A stretch of 64,000 bases of DNA from Candidatus Freyarchaeum deiterrae (GTDB lineage Archaea; Asgardarchaeota; Jordiarchaeia; Jordiarchaeales; Jordiarchaeaceae), in contig CP147778.1 of NCBI GenBank assembly GCA_037305845.1, positions 3,104,001-3,168,000 on the forward strand, written 5' to 3'. This document shows, one piece after another, positions 1-9,864 of the stretch; position 1 is the first letter of the stretch, and the number at the start of each line of letters is the position of its first letter. The position numbers and the translations under genes were made by a program. A model generated the notes under the pieces. The model was not told where the DNA came from, did no database searches, and worked only from the letters and a program-made list of their open reading frames with translations.

Positions 1-415
1 AGCAGCCTGGATCAATTATGACTGCTTTATTATTATTTTTAATTAGATAACAGTTGCAAGAGTTAAAATTTACAGAAGTCTTATCTTGAAATACCATATA
101 CGCGTTATAACCTATTTTATAGAAAGGCTTGTTCTTCTTAATCTCCCGGAATTCGTTTTCCAGTTGCATATACTATCCTTCTTTTTTCCACATCTTCCTT
201 CATATATGAACTCGGTTTAAATTCTCTAGGAAGGCGTCTACTATATTCTTCAGTTTTATTGAACCAGTTAATATAAAAACTATTTAAGAGTTTATGCTGA
301 AAAAAGTTAAGATATATATAATAATTTAATTTGTTGTAAAGTTGCCTACCAATAATCCAAAATTCTTTAATAACAAACAACCCTAACAAAATTTATCGAT
401 TCCGGAGGAAAACTT

Positions 416-2302
416 GTGAAAGAATTCGCTATAAGGTTCGAACCAGACGGCAAAAAAATCGCAGCTGATAATGGGCTAAACATACTAGATTTAGCTAAAG
501 AAGGAGGTGTGGGAATCCGCTCTGAATGTGGCGGGAAAGGGAAATGTGGGAAATGCCGAATCAAAGTCGAGAATCAGCGTAACCTAAATGAAGTAACCGA
601 TACAGAGAGAGAACACCTGACACTAGAAGAAATTAATCAAGGGTATCGGTTAGCCTGCATGGCCTCGATCCGTGGGAATTTGGTGGTGTTTATTCCGAGT
701 GAGAGTCGATTGAGTGTGAGAAGAATACAGGTACATGGTATGGAACAACCTGTTAAACTAGAACCGAACGTTAAGAAAATTAATCTATTTTTGGAAAAGC
801 CCACAATTCAAAATCCCATAGCAGATGATCTAAACATTTTTACTAATCCGGAGAAGTTATCTAATCTCCAAGATTTGGAATTTGAATATGAGCTGCTGAG
901 AATAATTCCGGATGTTGTAAGGAAGGGGGATTGGAATGTTACAATTACCATTCTGGGTGATAGAAAAATTATTGATTTAGAGCCTTTCAATACGACTGCA
1001 CGAATTTTTGGATTCGCAATTGATATAGGCACTTCCAAGCTCGTTGGATATCAGGTAGATTTGAACAGTGGCGAAGTTGTTGGAGTTGGATCCATAGAAA
1101 ATCCCCAGATTGCTTATGGAGAAGACGTGCTTTCTCGAATATCCTATGCCGAAGAGGGATACGAGAACAAGCAGAGATTACAGAATCTGACAGCAGAGGG
1201 AATTAACAAAATAATTCAGATGGCTTGCGAAGAATCGGGAGTAGATCCAAAAGAAATTTACGAGTTGACCGTCGTGGGCAACACCGCCATGTTCAGCCTA
1301 TTTCTAGGCATCCAAACCAAGTATCTACACTTGGCACCCTATGTTCCGGGAGTGAAGTTCCCAGTCACCGTTGGAGCGAAAACACTAAACATAAATGTTA
1401 ACCCTAGAGCAAGTGTTTACGTTCTGCCTAATATTGCGGGCTACGTGGGCGCAGACGCGGTTGGCGACGTATTAGCGACCGGTATTTATGATCTGGATGA
1501 AATATGCTTGCTTGTGGATGTTGGAACCAATGGTGAAGTCTTCGTCGGCAATAAGGAGGACATTGTCAGTTGTTCCTGCGCCGCGGGACCCGCTTTCGAG
1601 GGAGTCCACATTCAGTACGGCATGAAAGCTGTAACCGGGGCAATTGAGAGAGTGCAAATAAAACCCAAAACCTTTGATGTTAAGTGCGAAACAATTGGAG
1701 GTTCAAAGCCAGTCGGTATATGCGGCTCAGGAATAATTGACATTGTAGCAGAAATGTTCAGGTGTGGAATTATTACCGAAAGAGGAAAATTCAACGACCT
1801 AGATACACCAAGAATAATTAGAGCCGAAGGAAGACCAGAATTTGTGGTAGCTTGGAAAGAAGAAACCGCCATTGGGAAAAACATTACAGTCTCTATGAAA
1901 GACGTGGAAGAAATCCAATTAGCAAAAGCCGCAATACACGCGGGCTGCGTTGTCCTAATGAAGAAGAAAGAATTGACCGACAACGAGATAGACAAGGTTT
2001 TCATAGCCGGGGCTTTTGGCAACTACATTAACCCCGAGAGCGCAAAATTCTTGGGACTCATTCCAGACATACCCACCGAAAAAATCACGTTTGCAGGAAA
2101 CACCGCCCTCGCGGGAGCCAAAATGGCCCTCGTTTCAAGGGAGGTTCGAAACATCGCACGAAGGTTGTCCAAGTGGATAAGATACGTGGAGCTAATGGCT
2201 GAGCCGGGCTTCAAAAGCGAATTCGTGAAATCAAACCTGATCCCCTACAAAAATCTGGAAGGGTATCCCTCAATAAAGAAATATTTGGAAGAAAACAGGT
2301 AA
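416..2302 (+). CDS. Reductive activator of corrinoid proteins (RACo/RamA-like; 2Fe-2S + ASKHA ATPase)
   Basis: N-terminal 2Fe-2S motif CGGKGKCGKC...RLAC; ASKHA motifs DIGTS, VDVGTNGE, CAAGPAFEG, GICGSG, IAGAFG; GGAGG SD before GTG. Confidence 0.93.
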   Translation: MKEFAIRFEPDGKKIAADNGLNILDLAKEGGVGIRSECGGKGKCGKCRIKVENQRNLNEVTDTEREHLTLEEINQGYRLACMASIRGNLVVFIPSESRLSVRRIQVHGMEQPVKLEPNVKKINLFLEKPTIQNPIADDLNIFTNPEKLSNLQDLEFEYELLRIIPDVVRKGDWNVTITILGDRKIIDLEPFNTTARIFGFAIDIGTSKLVGYQVDLNSGEVVGVGSIENPQIAYGEDVLSRISYAEEGYENKQRLQNLTAEGINKIIQMACEESGVDPKEIYELTVVGNTAMFSLFLGIQTKYLHLAPYVPGVKFPVTVGAKTLNINVNPRASVYVLPNIAGYVGADAVGDVLATGIYDLDEICLLVDVGTNGEVFVGNKEDIVSCSCAAGPAFEGVHIQYGMKAVTGAIERVQIKPKTFDVKCETIGGSKPVGICGSGIIDIVAEMFRCGIITERGKFNDLDTPRIIRAEGRPEFVVAWKEETAIGKNITVSMKDVEEIQLAKAAIHAGCVVLMKKKELTDNEIDKVFIAGAFGNYINPESAKFLGLIPDIPTEKITFAGNTALAGAKMALVSREVRNIARRLSKWIRYVELMAEPGFKSEFVKSNLIPYKNLEGYPSIKKYLEENR

Positions 2303-2338
2303 AGAAGAAAAATTCCATTTTTTGTTTAATTCTTTCTC

Positions 2339-4048
2339 TTAAAGTTTTAAATCATAGACCTTTTTCAGAGCCTCTAACTGCTCTTTCCCGGTTTCTTTTT
2401 CGGGTTTGGGTTCACCTTCTTCTTTCTTGTGGCTCTTGGCTGGTAGTATTTCGTCTATTCGTAGCACGATTCTTGCAACATCTGTAGCTGAATTTAACGC
2501 ATGAACCTTTACCCTGAGCGTATCATAGATTCCTATTTTTTGCATATCATCGATCTGACCATCGATTGCGTTTACCCCCGCCCAGATCATTCCCTCACTG
2601 TGTTTTGCCTTTAGTTCGGTTAGAATTTGTAATGGGTCTAGTCCCGCGTTATCCGCTAGGGTTTGCGGTACTATCATGATTGCCTCTGCGTAAGCTAAAA
2701 TCGCCAACTGTTCTTTTCCCTCGAATGTCTGTGCGTATTGCCCTAAACACCTAGAGAGTTCTATTTCTGACGCTCCGCCGCCGGGTATAATTCGAGGGTC
2801 TTCTATGATGTTCCTAATGGTGTAGAGCGCGTCGTAAAGGCTTCTTTCCGCTTCTTCCAGAGCGTATTCGTTTCCTCCTCTTATAATGACGCTTGAAGCT
2901 CCCTGAGCTGGGCATCCTCTAACCATAATATAATTTTCTTTTTCGGAGGGTTTCCATTCTTCAATCACTTCTGCTTTTCCCAATTTGTCACTTGTTAAAT
3001 CTTCATTAAAAATGTCGGACACTACTGATGCCTCAGTCAACTTGGCAATCCTGTTAGTATCGGGTAGAAGAACACGCTTAACGGCCAGTATCTCCGCTCG
3101 TGCGAGATAATGTTCAACTATCTCATCTATTCCCTTATTCACAAGAGCAACATTTGCTCCAGACGAGATTAGTTTATTCACTATTTCTTTAACTATCTCT
3201 ACTCTCTTTTCTATGAAGGCTTCGTGCTCTTGAGGTGCTCTGACCTGTATCTTCATATTTTTTCCAGCAGCTTCCCACCAGCTCCCCGAAATTTCCTTCA
3301 ACTCCATACTTCTTATCAGGGCGACCTTGGCGTTTTCAACTCGCCTAGGCATATCAGGATGCACGATTTCTCTATCCTCAATAACATAACCGTCCACAAC
3401 GTAGGAGTCGCTGAGAGTACCCCCTCTCCTTTTAATCACTTTGATGTCTTCAATGTTCGTTCTCGGTTTTCCAGTAACTTCACTTACAACTCGTTCGGCT
3501 AATTCGAGAGCAATTTCGCTGAACTCATTCACAGTTTCAGGTGCACTTGTGATCTTCGTGTTTATGGCGGTCGAAGCCGACTTCCTTAAGATGTCCTTAT
3601 CACTGGGTTTTACAGGAACAGCGATTTCCTCTAATCTTTTAATTGCTCTTTTTAACGCTAAATCGTATCCTTTTAGAATGGTTGAAGGGTGAAGCCCTTG
3701 GTCCATTAGGGTTTCCGCCTTTCTGAGAAGCTCACCAGCTAAAATTACCGCGGTGGCTACTCCGTCGCCCACTATGGCATCCTGCGCCTTCGCCATCCCA
3801 ATCAAAATTCTAGCTACGGGGTGCTCTGCCTTAAGATTCTTAAGTATGGTGAATGAATCACCGGTTATCAGCACTTCTCCATCCTTTTTGAGGATTGCCT
3901 TATTCACACTATATGGTCCAATGGTTTTTCTTACAATCTGGCAAATGATACCGGCTACCATAATGTTACTCTTAAGAGACGCTAAATCTAACCCGTGTTC
4001 CAGTTTGTACACTGGCTTAAACCTTAGAGAGGTATCTTTTCCCAGCAA
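2339..4048 (-). CDS. Divergent group II chaperonin (thermosome/TCP-1 family) subunit
   Basis: TIGP, HPVARIL, QDAIVGDGVAT (canonical GDGTTT), IRGG...EAERSLYDA, PGGGASE, LADNAGLD, VLRIDEI. Confidence 0.92.
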   Translation of the reverse strand: MLGKDTSLRFKPVYKLEHGLDLASLKSNIMVAGIICQIVRKTIGPYSVNKAILKKDGEVLITGDSFTILKNLKAEHPVARILIGMAKAQDAIVGDGVATAVILAGELLRKAETLMDQGLHPSTILKGYDLALKRAIKRLEEIAVPVKPSDKDILRKSASTAINTKITSAPETVNEFSEIALELAERVVSEVTGKPRTNIEDIKVIKRRGGTLSDSYVVDGYVIEDREIVHPDMPRRVENAKVALIRSMELKEISGSWWEAAGKNMKIQVRAPQEHEAFIEKRVEIVKEIVNKLISSGANVALVNKGIDEIVEHYLARAEILAVKRVLLPDTNRIAKLTEASVVSDIFNEDLTSDKLGKAEVIEEWKPSEKENYIMVRGCPAQGASSVIIRGGNEYALEEAERSLYDALYTIRNIIEDPRIIPGGGASEIELSRCLGQYAQTFEGKEQLAILAYAEAIMIVPQTLADNAGLDPLQILTELKAKHSEGMIWAGVNAIDGQIDDMQKIGIYDTLRVKVHALNSATDVARIVLRIDEILPAKSHKKEEGEPKPEKETGKEQLEALKKVYDLKL

Positions 4049-4166
4049 AGGCTCTCACTTTCCTAATTTCTAACTAAATATAAGATATAGAGGACACTAA
4101 ACTTATGCTATTCTCTCGCCTGCTTCAGTGCCCACTGATTGATTGTAGACCTTGTTAAATGTTAGT

Positions 4167-4505
4167 TCATGTCCAACTCACAACTTTCTGGTATTTTTCC
4201 ATTGTGAGGTCGACCCATCCTCCGTAATCTACCAGCTGCACGCCCTTTATCATTCTTTCCTCAGGAATTCCTCTAGCTTCAGCGTCCGGTTTCAAGACGT
4301 ATACATTAACGCCTACGTCGAGTGCGTTTTTCAAAAGTTCCGCTACTAGTCCCTTCTCTTCCCTGATTGCACTAAGTACTGCATCCTGGATCAACATCAA
4401 ACCCACTTCTTCGTCCATTTTCCTCAAATTTAAGGACGCTTCAAACGCGTACGTGTCATCCTTTGTGAAATAAGGCGACTTGGATACTAGTATCAATGTT
4501 GCCAT
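4167..4505 (-). CDS. DsrH/TusB family sulfur-relay protein
   Basis: SKSP, LIQDAV, VYVL..DAEARG, VDYGGWVDL; third gene of a dsrE-F-H-like trio. Confidence 0.85.
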   Translation of the reverse strand: MATLILVSKSPYFTKDDTYAFEASLNLRKMDEEVGLMLIQDAVLSAIREEKGLVAELLKNALDVGVNVYVLKPDAEARGIPEERMIKGVQLVDYGGWVDLTMEKYQKVVSWT

Positions 4506-4521
4506 CTTTAATCATCTCCTT

Positions 4522-4881
4522 CTAGAAAGCCATTGCTATATCATTTTCAGCAATGATTTTAGCTACATCCCCCTGAACTATGCTTTCAATGGAAAGACCT
4601 GGGATTAAATCGTTCATGGTGAGACCTCTCTCATAAAGCGATTCTTCAACCACATAGAGTTTGGACTCAAAATTCTGTAACATTTTAAGAAACCGGTCAA
4701 TGGCTGAGTATCCAATAGCTTTTGGAAACTGATTCTTCATCGGACAGTAAACACCATCATCAATGAAAAGAAGAGTTACCGGAATTGTGAGAGCCCCAGC
4801 CGCGGCCGCTAATCGCACAGCTTCCACAACATGTATCCAGCCGAACGGAGGCTTCCTAATTATAAGCAGCAACTTCATCAC
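4522..4881 (-). CDS. DsrF/TusC family sulfur-relay protein
   Basis: IIRKPPFG...EAVRLA, LFIDDGVY, ESLYERGL. Confidence 0.85.
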   Translation of the reverse strand: MMKLLLIIRKPPFGWIHVVEAVRLAAAAGALTIPVTLLFIDDGVYCPMKNQFPKAIGYSAIDRFLKMLQNFESKLYVVEESLYERGLTMNDLIPGLSIESIVQGDVAKIIAENDIAMAF

Positions 4882-4898
4882 ATCATCTCCCTATCTAC

Positions 4899-5255
4899 CT
4901 ATATTGTAATAGCGAAAAATCGGTCCGCGTCCCTTATGATTTCTAGAACTGTGGTTGTGCTCTCCATGGTAGCGCCAGGGATGAAGTCTGTCTCGGGTTT
5001 TAAGCCACGAGCGGTGCAACAAGGGAAGCAGTTAACGAACTTCACTCCCTTCTCGCTCAGTTCCTTAAACCTGCCCACGGGGGAAGGCATATCCTCCACG
5101 ATCAAAAATTTTGCAGCATTATAAACGCCGTCTCCCATACCAATAACTGTTACCTCATGTCTCTTCTCAAGAGCCGCGTTTATGAACTCAATCGCGGTGT
5201 CCGAATTCTCAAACTGTAGAGGAGTAGTAAACAGTAAAATCGCTACTTTACCCAT
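4899..5255 (-). CDS. DsrE/TusD family sulfur-relay protein
   Basis: TTP..., GDGVYNA, NCFPCCTARG containing the persulfide-carrying Cys position; start placed at ATG 5255. Confidence 0.85.
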   Translation of the reverse strand: MGKVAILLFTTPLQFENSDTAIEFINAALEKRHEVTVIGMGDGVYNAAKFLIVEDMPSPVGRFKELSEKGVKFVNCFPCCTARGLKPETDFIPGATMESTTTVLEIIRDADRFFAITI

Positions 5256-5304
5256 AAAATCACTACGCAAACTTCTTAGACTAACATGGTCTGCTTATCT
5301 ATAC

Positions 5305-6225
5305 CTAGAATATTTTGTTTAAAGGATGTGAGGGCTCCTGCCTTACCCGATATTTTCTTCTGTTATAATATCCTACAAGACCGTTGACCATAGCACAGGC
5401 AGGGAAAACCGATTCCGCCTCCTCAATGGGACCGTATAAGGCGAAGTCAGCACCCATCATTGCCGTTACCAGCACTGAGCCGGATATGCACGACTTGTAC
5501 GAAACGGGTGGAAACTCTTTCTTAATCTTTTTCCAAGCGGTAATGGCGTTCGCGGGGCCGCATCCTGAAGGAAGCCCGAACTCATTTTTCACAGAGTATA
5601 TGGTCTGCGCTGCGAAGGATATACTAACCACATCGAGCACCGCGGTGTCCACGAGCATGTTTTGGATTCCCGCTTCCTGCGCCTTTTGGATTAATCCCTT
5701 CTCACCACCAGTACCCTTTAACAATTCTATTCTGCCTTCCGGCATCAAAGCCTTGGGACTGAACACGAGTAGCATGCTGGATTTTACACCGAGTTCTCGA
5801 AGAGTGTTAAGTTCACTCTCTTTGGAGTGCACATCTATCGAATTGTAGATAGCCCGCTCAGCTAATCCCGCTTCAACAGCGTACTTAATAGCCGCCAATC
5901 GAGCCTCTGGGAGAGTGCTGTCCACGAGAAAGGGAGCCTTTGTTAATTGAGCCACAAAATCAATTTGTTTTTCGAGAGCCTCAGCAGTATCTCCCACAAT
6001 ATCCAATATGCCGGGGTTCCCAGTTTTATCGGACATCTCATCCTGCTTGTTGATTAGCTCCTCCGCCTTTTTCTTATCGAATATTCCCTTTTGACGGTCA
6101 GAAACAATCTTGTGTTTATCATAAAAAATGCTTCCAATCAGTACTGTGGGATAAGCACCCGGTTGGCCACCGATTTTTACACCATTAATGTCCCAAACCT
6201 TTTGTTCCTTTTCAAAAGCAAACAC
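5305..6225 (-). CDS. mtrH: MtrH/MtgA family corrinoid:pterin (H4MPT/THF) methyltransferase
   Basis: FEKEQKV..I.GVKIGGQPG.YPTVLIGSIFY, IYNSI, VDTAVLD, GLPSGCG..NA, GADF.LYGPIE; GTG 6225 has a GAGGT SD; no other mtr genes nearby. Confidence 0.92.
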   Translation of the reverse strand: MFAFEKEQKVWDINGVKIGGQPGAYPTVLIGSIFYDKHKIVSDRQKGIFDKKKAEELINKQDEMSDKTGNPGILDIVGDTAEALEKQIDFVAQLTKAPFLVDSTLPEARLAAIKYAVEAGLAERAIYNSIDVHSKESELNTLRELGVKSSMLLVFSPKALMPEGRIELLKGTGGEKGLIQKAQEAGIQNMLVDTAVLDVVSISFAAQTIYSVKNEFGLPSGCGPANAITAWKKIKKEFPPVSYKSCISGSVLVTAMMGADFALYGPIEEAESVFPACAMVNGLVGYYNRRKYRVRQEPSHPLNKIF

Positions 6226-6589
6226 ATCGCATACCTCACTTTTCAAAATTCACAGTCGTGCACCAGTTTATCAGAGTAAGTTAATTGTTCTTCCATCCGA
6301 CCTCTAATCTCGTTTGTTAATCCACGTTTTTTGTGTTTGTGTGATTCTAAATCGTATAGAGTAGTATACCATGAACTTGTTGTTATTTTAGCTTATTAAT
6401 TTTTATTACGCTACTGCGAAAATCTCAACTACTGAATATGAGAACAGTGCAAAACTTCTAGGCAATCCATAAAATATAATGAAAGGGTCGACAAAAAATT
6501 AATCTGTATGGAAACTTAGTATGCCTCAACTGAAAATCTACAAATTTTTCACAAGCAGTAAGAAGAATTTTTATTTAAAGGGACTCGAA

Positions 6590-9500
6590 TTGTCTGGAGA
6601 CAACTATTCCTATAATTCTTCAGGGGACTTGTCTTCTCTTCGGGAGACTATCGCCGCAGTCAAAACCTTAGCGGATTTCATAAAGAGTTCCTTTGGTCCC
6701 ACTGGCATGAATAAACTTATTGTTGATGAAAAAGGAGACGTTACGATAACAAGGGACGGTTTTACTATTTTAGATAAAGTGGGAGGAGGTCATCCTGCGG
6801 TCAGGGTCCTTAAGGACGCCGCCGAGACACAAGACTTGGAGGTTGGGGATGGAACAAAGACAACGGTGATACTAGCCAGCGAGCTTTTGAGCAGGGCTGA
6901 ACAACTGCTCGATAAAGGAATTCATCCCACGACCCTAATACGAGGATACTCAAGAGCCTTTAAAGAAGTATTGAAAATTCTTGAAGAGATTGCCATTCCT
7001 ACTGATTCAACCAACAGGGAGATACTGAAAAAAGTAGCAGTCAATGCTATGACGGGTAAGCTTAACTTAGAGGAGTGCGAATTTCTTTCGCAAATGGTTG
7101 TGGATGCCGTCTTACACGTCTCAAAAAATATTGGTGAAAAGCGTTTCGTTGATGTTCAAAAAATCGTAATTGAAAAGAAACTGGGGGGCGTAGTTGCAGA
7201 CAGCGAGTTGGTTAAGGGCGTGTTATTAAGCAAAGAAGCCTCCCATAATGAAATGCCGAAAAGTGTTGAAAACGCAAGAATAGCTCTCCTTAAATGTCCT
7301 CTGGAAATTGAAAAAACCGAATTCGATACCAAAATTCTAATAGAGAATCCAGAGAGAATAAAAGATTTTTTGGAAGAAGAAGAATCAGTAATAAAACAAA
7401 TGGTTGGAAAACTATCAGAACTGGGTGTGAACGTTGTCTTCTCCGAAAAAGGAATCGACGACCTAGCCCAATATCTTTTGGCTAGTAGGGGAATTCTCGG
7501 TGCTGAGTGGGTGGGAAATGCTAACATCAAAAACGTGGCTTCAGCAACAGGCGGCAAACTCGTAGCGGATATTAACGACCTTAAATCCGACGATCTGGGA
7601 TACGCGGGTTTTGTCCGAGAAAAAGAATTCGGAGAAGAAAGAATAATACTCGTTGAACAGTGTGAAAACCCATTCACCGTGACCATTCTTCTGAGGGGAG
7701 GAGCCCAAAGCATTCTGGACGAGTTGGAAAGAGCAGTTCATGACGCAGTTTGTGCAGCAAAAGACGTGGTCGAGAACCCCCTGATACTAGTGGGAGGGGG
7801 AGCCTCAGAAACCGAAATCTCAAAAAGGATCAGAGCCGCTGCCCAAGGAAATGGAAAAGAGCAATTGGCGTACACGGCCTTCGCAGAAGCTCTGGAAGCG
7901 TTAACCTTTTTGCTCGCCAAAAATTTGGGTCTTGACGCGTTGAACAAGGTTGCTGAGCTGACAAGGAGACATAGTTCGGGAGAAATCTACGCCGGAATAG
8001 ATGCGATTGATGGGGAAATCAAAGATCTAATGAATCTTGGAATCTACGAACCTTTCCTCGTAAAAACCCAAGCCATGAAATCCGCTTACGAGGCAGCAAC
8101 AATGATTCTCAGAATAGACGATATATTTACAGCCGAAGAACTTGAAAAAGAATCGGAAACACTGGACTATATGCGTCCTCTAAAGGGGGTCAAAACGCGG
8201 GAAAAAGTTTTCGAAACCACCCTCAACAATATATCAGCTTTTAGTGTCATCGCCGACGCAGTAAAACCCTGCTTTGGTCCCCGAGGAAGAAGCAAACTGC
8301 TCATAGACAATATAGGAGGCCTAAAATATACCGGTGACGGGGCAACTATTCTGGGATTCATGTACATTAAGCACCCCGCAGCAAAAATGTTAGTCGACCT
8401 CACAGAAGCCCAGAGCAAATACATCGGTGATGGGACAAAAGCCAGCGTCATCCTAGCAGGCGAGTTGCTGAAGAATGCTGAGGAACTATTAAGCCAGAAA
8501 GTACACCCCACTGTGATTATAAACGGTTACAAAAAAGCTACACAAAAGGCTCTGGAACTTTTGAAGAATATGGCACTACCAATAAATCACGAGGATTCTG
8601 GAACTCTAAAAAAAGTCGCCCTAACAACTATAAGCGGGAAAATCACTGATGGAAAAGAGCTATTCGCTGAAATGGCTGTTAAAGCTATAAACAGTGTAGT
8701 AGAAGCAAAGAAAGTTCCCAATATTGATATTAGAAAAATCAAGATTTTGAAGGAACAGGGGAAAAGTCTTGGTGAAAGTGAACTCTTCGCGGGAGTTATT
8801 CTGGAAAGAGAGGTCATCAGTCCCAAGATGCCCAAAAGAGTTGATCAAGCCAGAATCGCATTACTTGATTGTTGGTTGAGGGTCTCCCAACAGAATTTTA
8901 GAAGAGATCTGGAGATTCGTATCCAAAGCTCCGATGAGTATAAAGTTCATTTAGACACTCTAAAAGAATTAGCAAGGGACATGGTAAAGAAAATAGAGAG
9001 TACGGGAGCCAATGTTGTCTTGTGTACAAAAGCGGTAGATGACTTAACAGCACATTTTCTCGCAGAATCTGGGATTTTAACTGTTGCTCAGCTGACAAGT
9101 ATAGATCTCAAAATAATATCTGAGGCAGCCGGTGGGAAAATCGTAACCGACCTAAATGATTTGAGAAGAGAGTATCTTGGAATGGCGGAAACTGTAGAGG
9201 AAAGAAAAATCGGTGGGAAGGAGCTTGTTTTCGTTAACTGTTCTGGATTAAGATGCGCCAGTGTTGTTATCAGGGGGGGCGCCGAGGACATATTGGGCGA
9301 AGCGGAGAGAGTATTCCGTAACGTGTTAAAAGTTTTAAAAGTTGTAATTATGGAAGGTAAAGTGGTCGCGGGGGGCGGCTCAGTGGAAGTAGAACTCGCC
9401 AAAGAGGTAAAAAGACACGCAAAGAACTTTTCTAAAAGAGAGCAACTAGCCGTGGAGAAATACGCAAAGGCCCTTGAATCTATACCCAAAACCTTGGCTG

Positions 9501-9766
9501 AAAACTCTGGATTGAATGCATTAAAAACTTTGGCCGAGCTCAAGGCTCTGCACGAAAACCCCCAAAATGTGTGGATAGGGATCAGCGAAAAGGGAAAACT
9601 AGAGAACATGAGGACTCTAAACGTTTTAGAACCTTTAAGTCTCAAAACACATCTAATCAAGTCTGCAAATGAGATAGCAGAAACCATTCTGAGGATAGAC
9701 GAGGTAATATTAGAAAAAGAAAAAGTGACGGCAGATAAATCTGAAAAGGCGTTAAACGGAAATTGA
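6590..9766 (+). CDS. Tandem-fused double group II chaperonin (two complete TCP-1 domains in one ORF)
   Basis: Domain 1: SSFGP, TRDG, GDGTKT, ERAVHDA, MILRIDD. Linker of about 15-20 aa. Domain 2 from ~8171: PCFGP, TGDG, GDGTKA, GGGSVE, TILRIDE. No stop between them; probable start TTG 6590 (ORF open from 6521). Confidence 0.92.
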   Translation: MSGDNYSYNSSGDLSSLRETIAAVKTLADFIKSSFGPTGMNKLIVDEKGDVTITRDGFTILDKVGGGHPAVRVLKDAAETQDLEVGDGTKTTVILASELLSRAEQLLDKGIHPTTLIRGYSRAFKEVLKILEEIAIPTDSTNREILKKVAVNAMTGKLNLEECEFLSQMVVDAVLHVSKNIGEKRFVDVQKIVIEKKLGGVVADSELVKGVLLSKEASHNEMPKSVENARIALLKCPLEIEKTEFDTKILIENPERIKDFLEEEESVIKQMVGKLSELGVNVVFSEKGIDDLAQYLLASRGILGAEWVGNANIKNVASATGGKLVADINDLKSDDLGYAGFVREKEFGEERIILVEQCENPFTVTILLRGGAQSILDELERAVHDAVCAAKDVVENPLILVGGGASETEISKRIRAAAQGNGKEQLAYTAFAEALEALTFLLAKNLGLDALNKVAELTRRHSSGEIYAGIDAIDGEIKDLMNLGIYEPFLVKTQAMKSAYEAATMILRIDDIFTAEELEKESETLDYMRPLKGVKTREKVFETTLNNISAFSVIADAVKPCFGPRGRSKLLIDNIGGLKYTGDGATILGFMYIKHPAAKMLVDLTEAQSKYIGDGTKASVILAGELLKNAEELLSQKVHPTVIINGYKKATQKALELLKNMALPINHEDSGTLKKVALTTISGKITDGKELFAEMAVKAINSVVEAKKVPNIDIRKIKILKEQGKSLGESELFAGVILEREVISPKMPKRVDQARIALLDCWLRVSQQNFRRDLEIRIQSSDEYKVHLDTLKELARDMVKKIESTGANVVLCTKAVDDLTAHFLAESGILTVAQLTSIDLKIISEAAGGKIVTDLNDLRREYLGMAETVEERKIGGKELVFVNCSGLRCASVVIRGGAEDILGEAERVFRNVLKVLKVVIMEGKVVAGGGSVEVELAKEVKRHAKNFSKREQLAVEKYAKALESIPKTLAENSGLNALKTLAELKALHENPQNVWIGISEKGKLENMRTLNVLEPLSLKTHLIKSANEIAETILRIDEVILEKEKVTADKSEKALNGN

Positions 9767-9864
9767 GATTTTCCCAATTCCTCTACAAAAACTTATATAA
9801 CAGTTTACTAAGATATAATGAAATAAGTATTTCTTTTTAAAAAATTTTTTGAGCGAGTGATAAC

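Noticed and set aside
138-389. 83 aa minus-strand ORF
   Set aside because: Mostly AT-rich promoter-like DNA; at best the 3' remnant of an unidentified gene.
4522-5307. Three consecutive genes end in TAG beside a methyltransferase cluster (possible pyrrolysine readthrough)
   Set aside because: Each protein is full length at the TAG, and the next gene or another stop follows at once; no pyl genes or MttB/MtmB-type ORF are present.
5305-6225. mtrH as evidence of the membrane Mtr complex or methanogenesis
   Set aside because: No mtrA-G or mcr in the window; stand-alone MtrH homologs act as soluble corrinoid:pterin methyltransferases.
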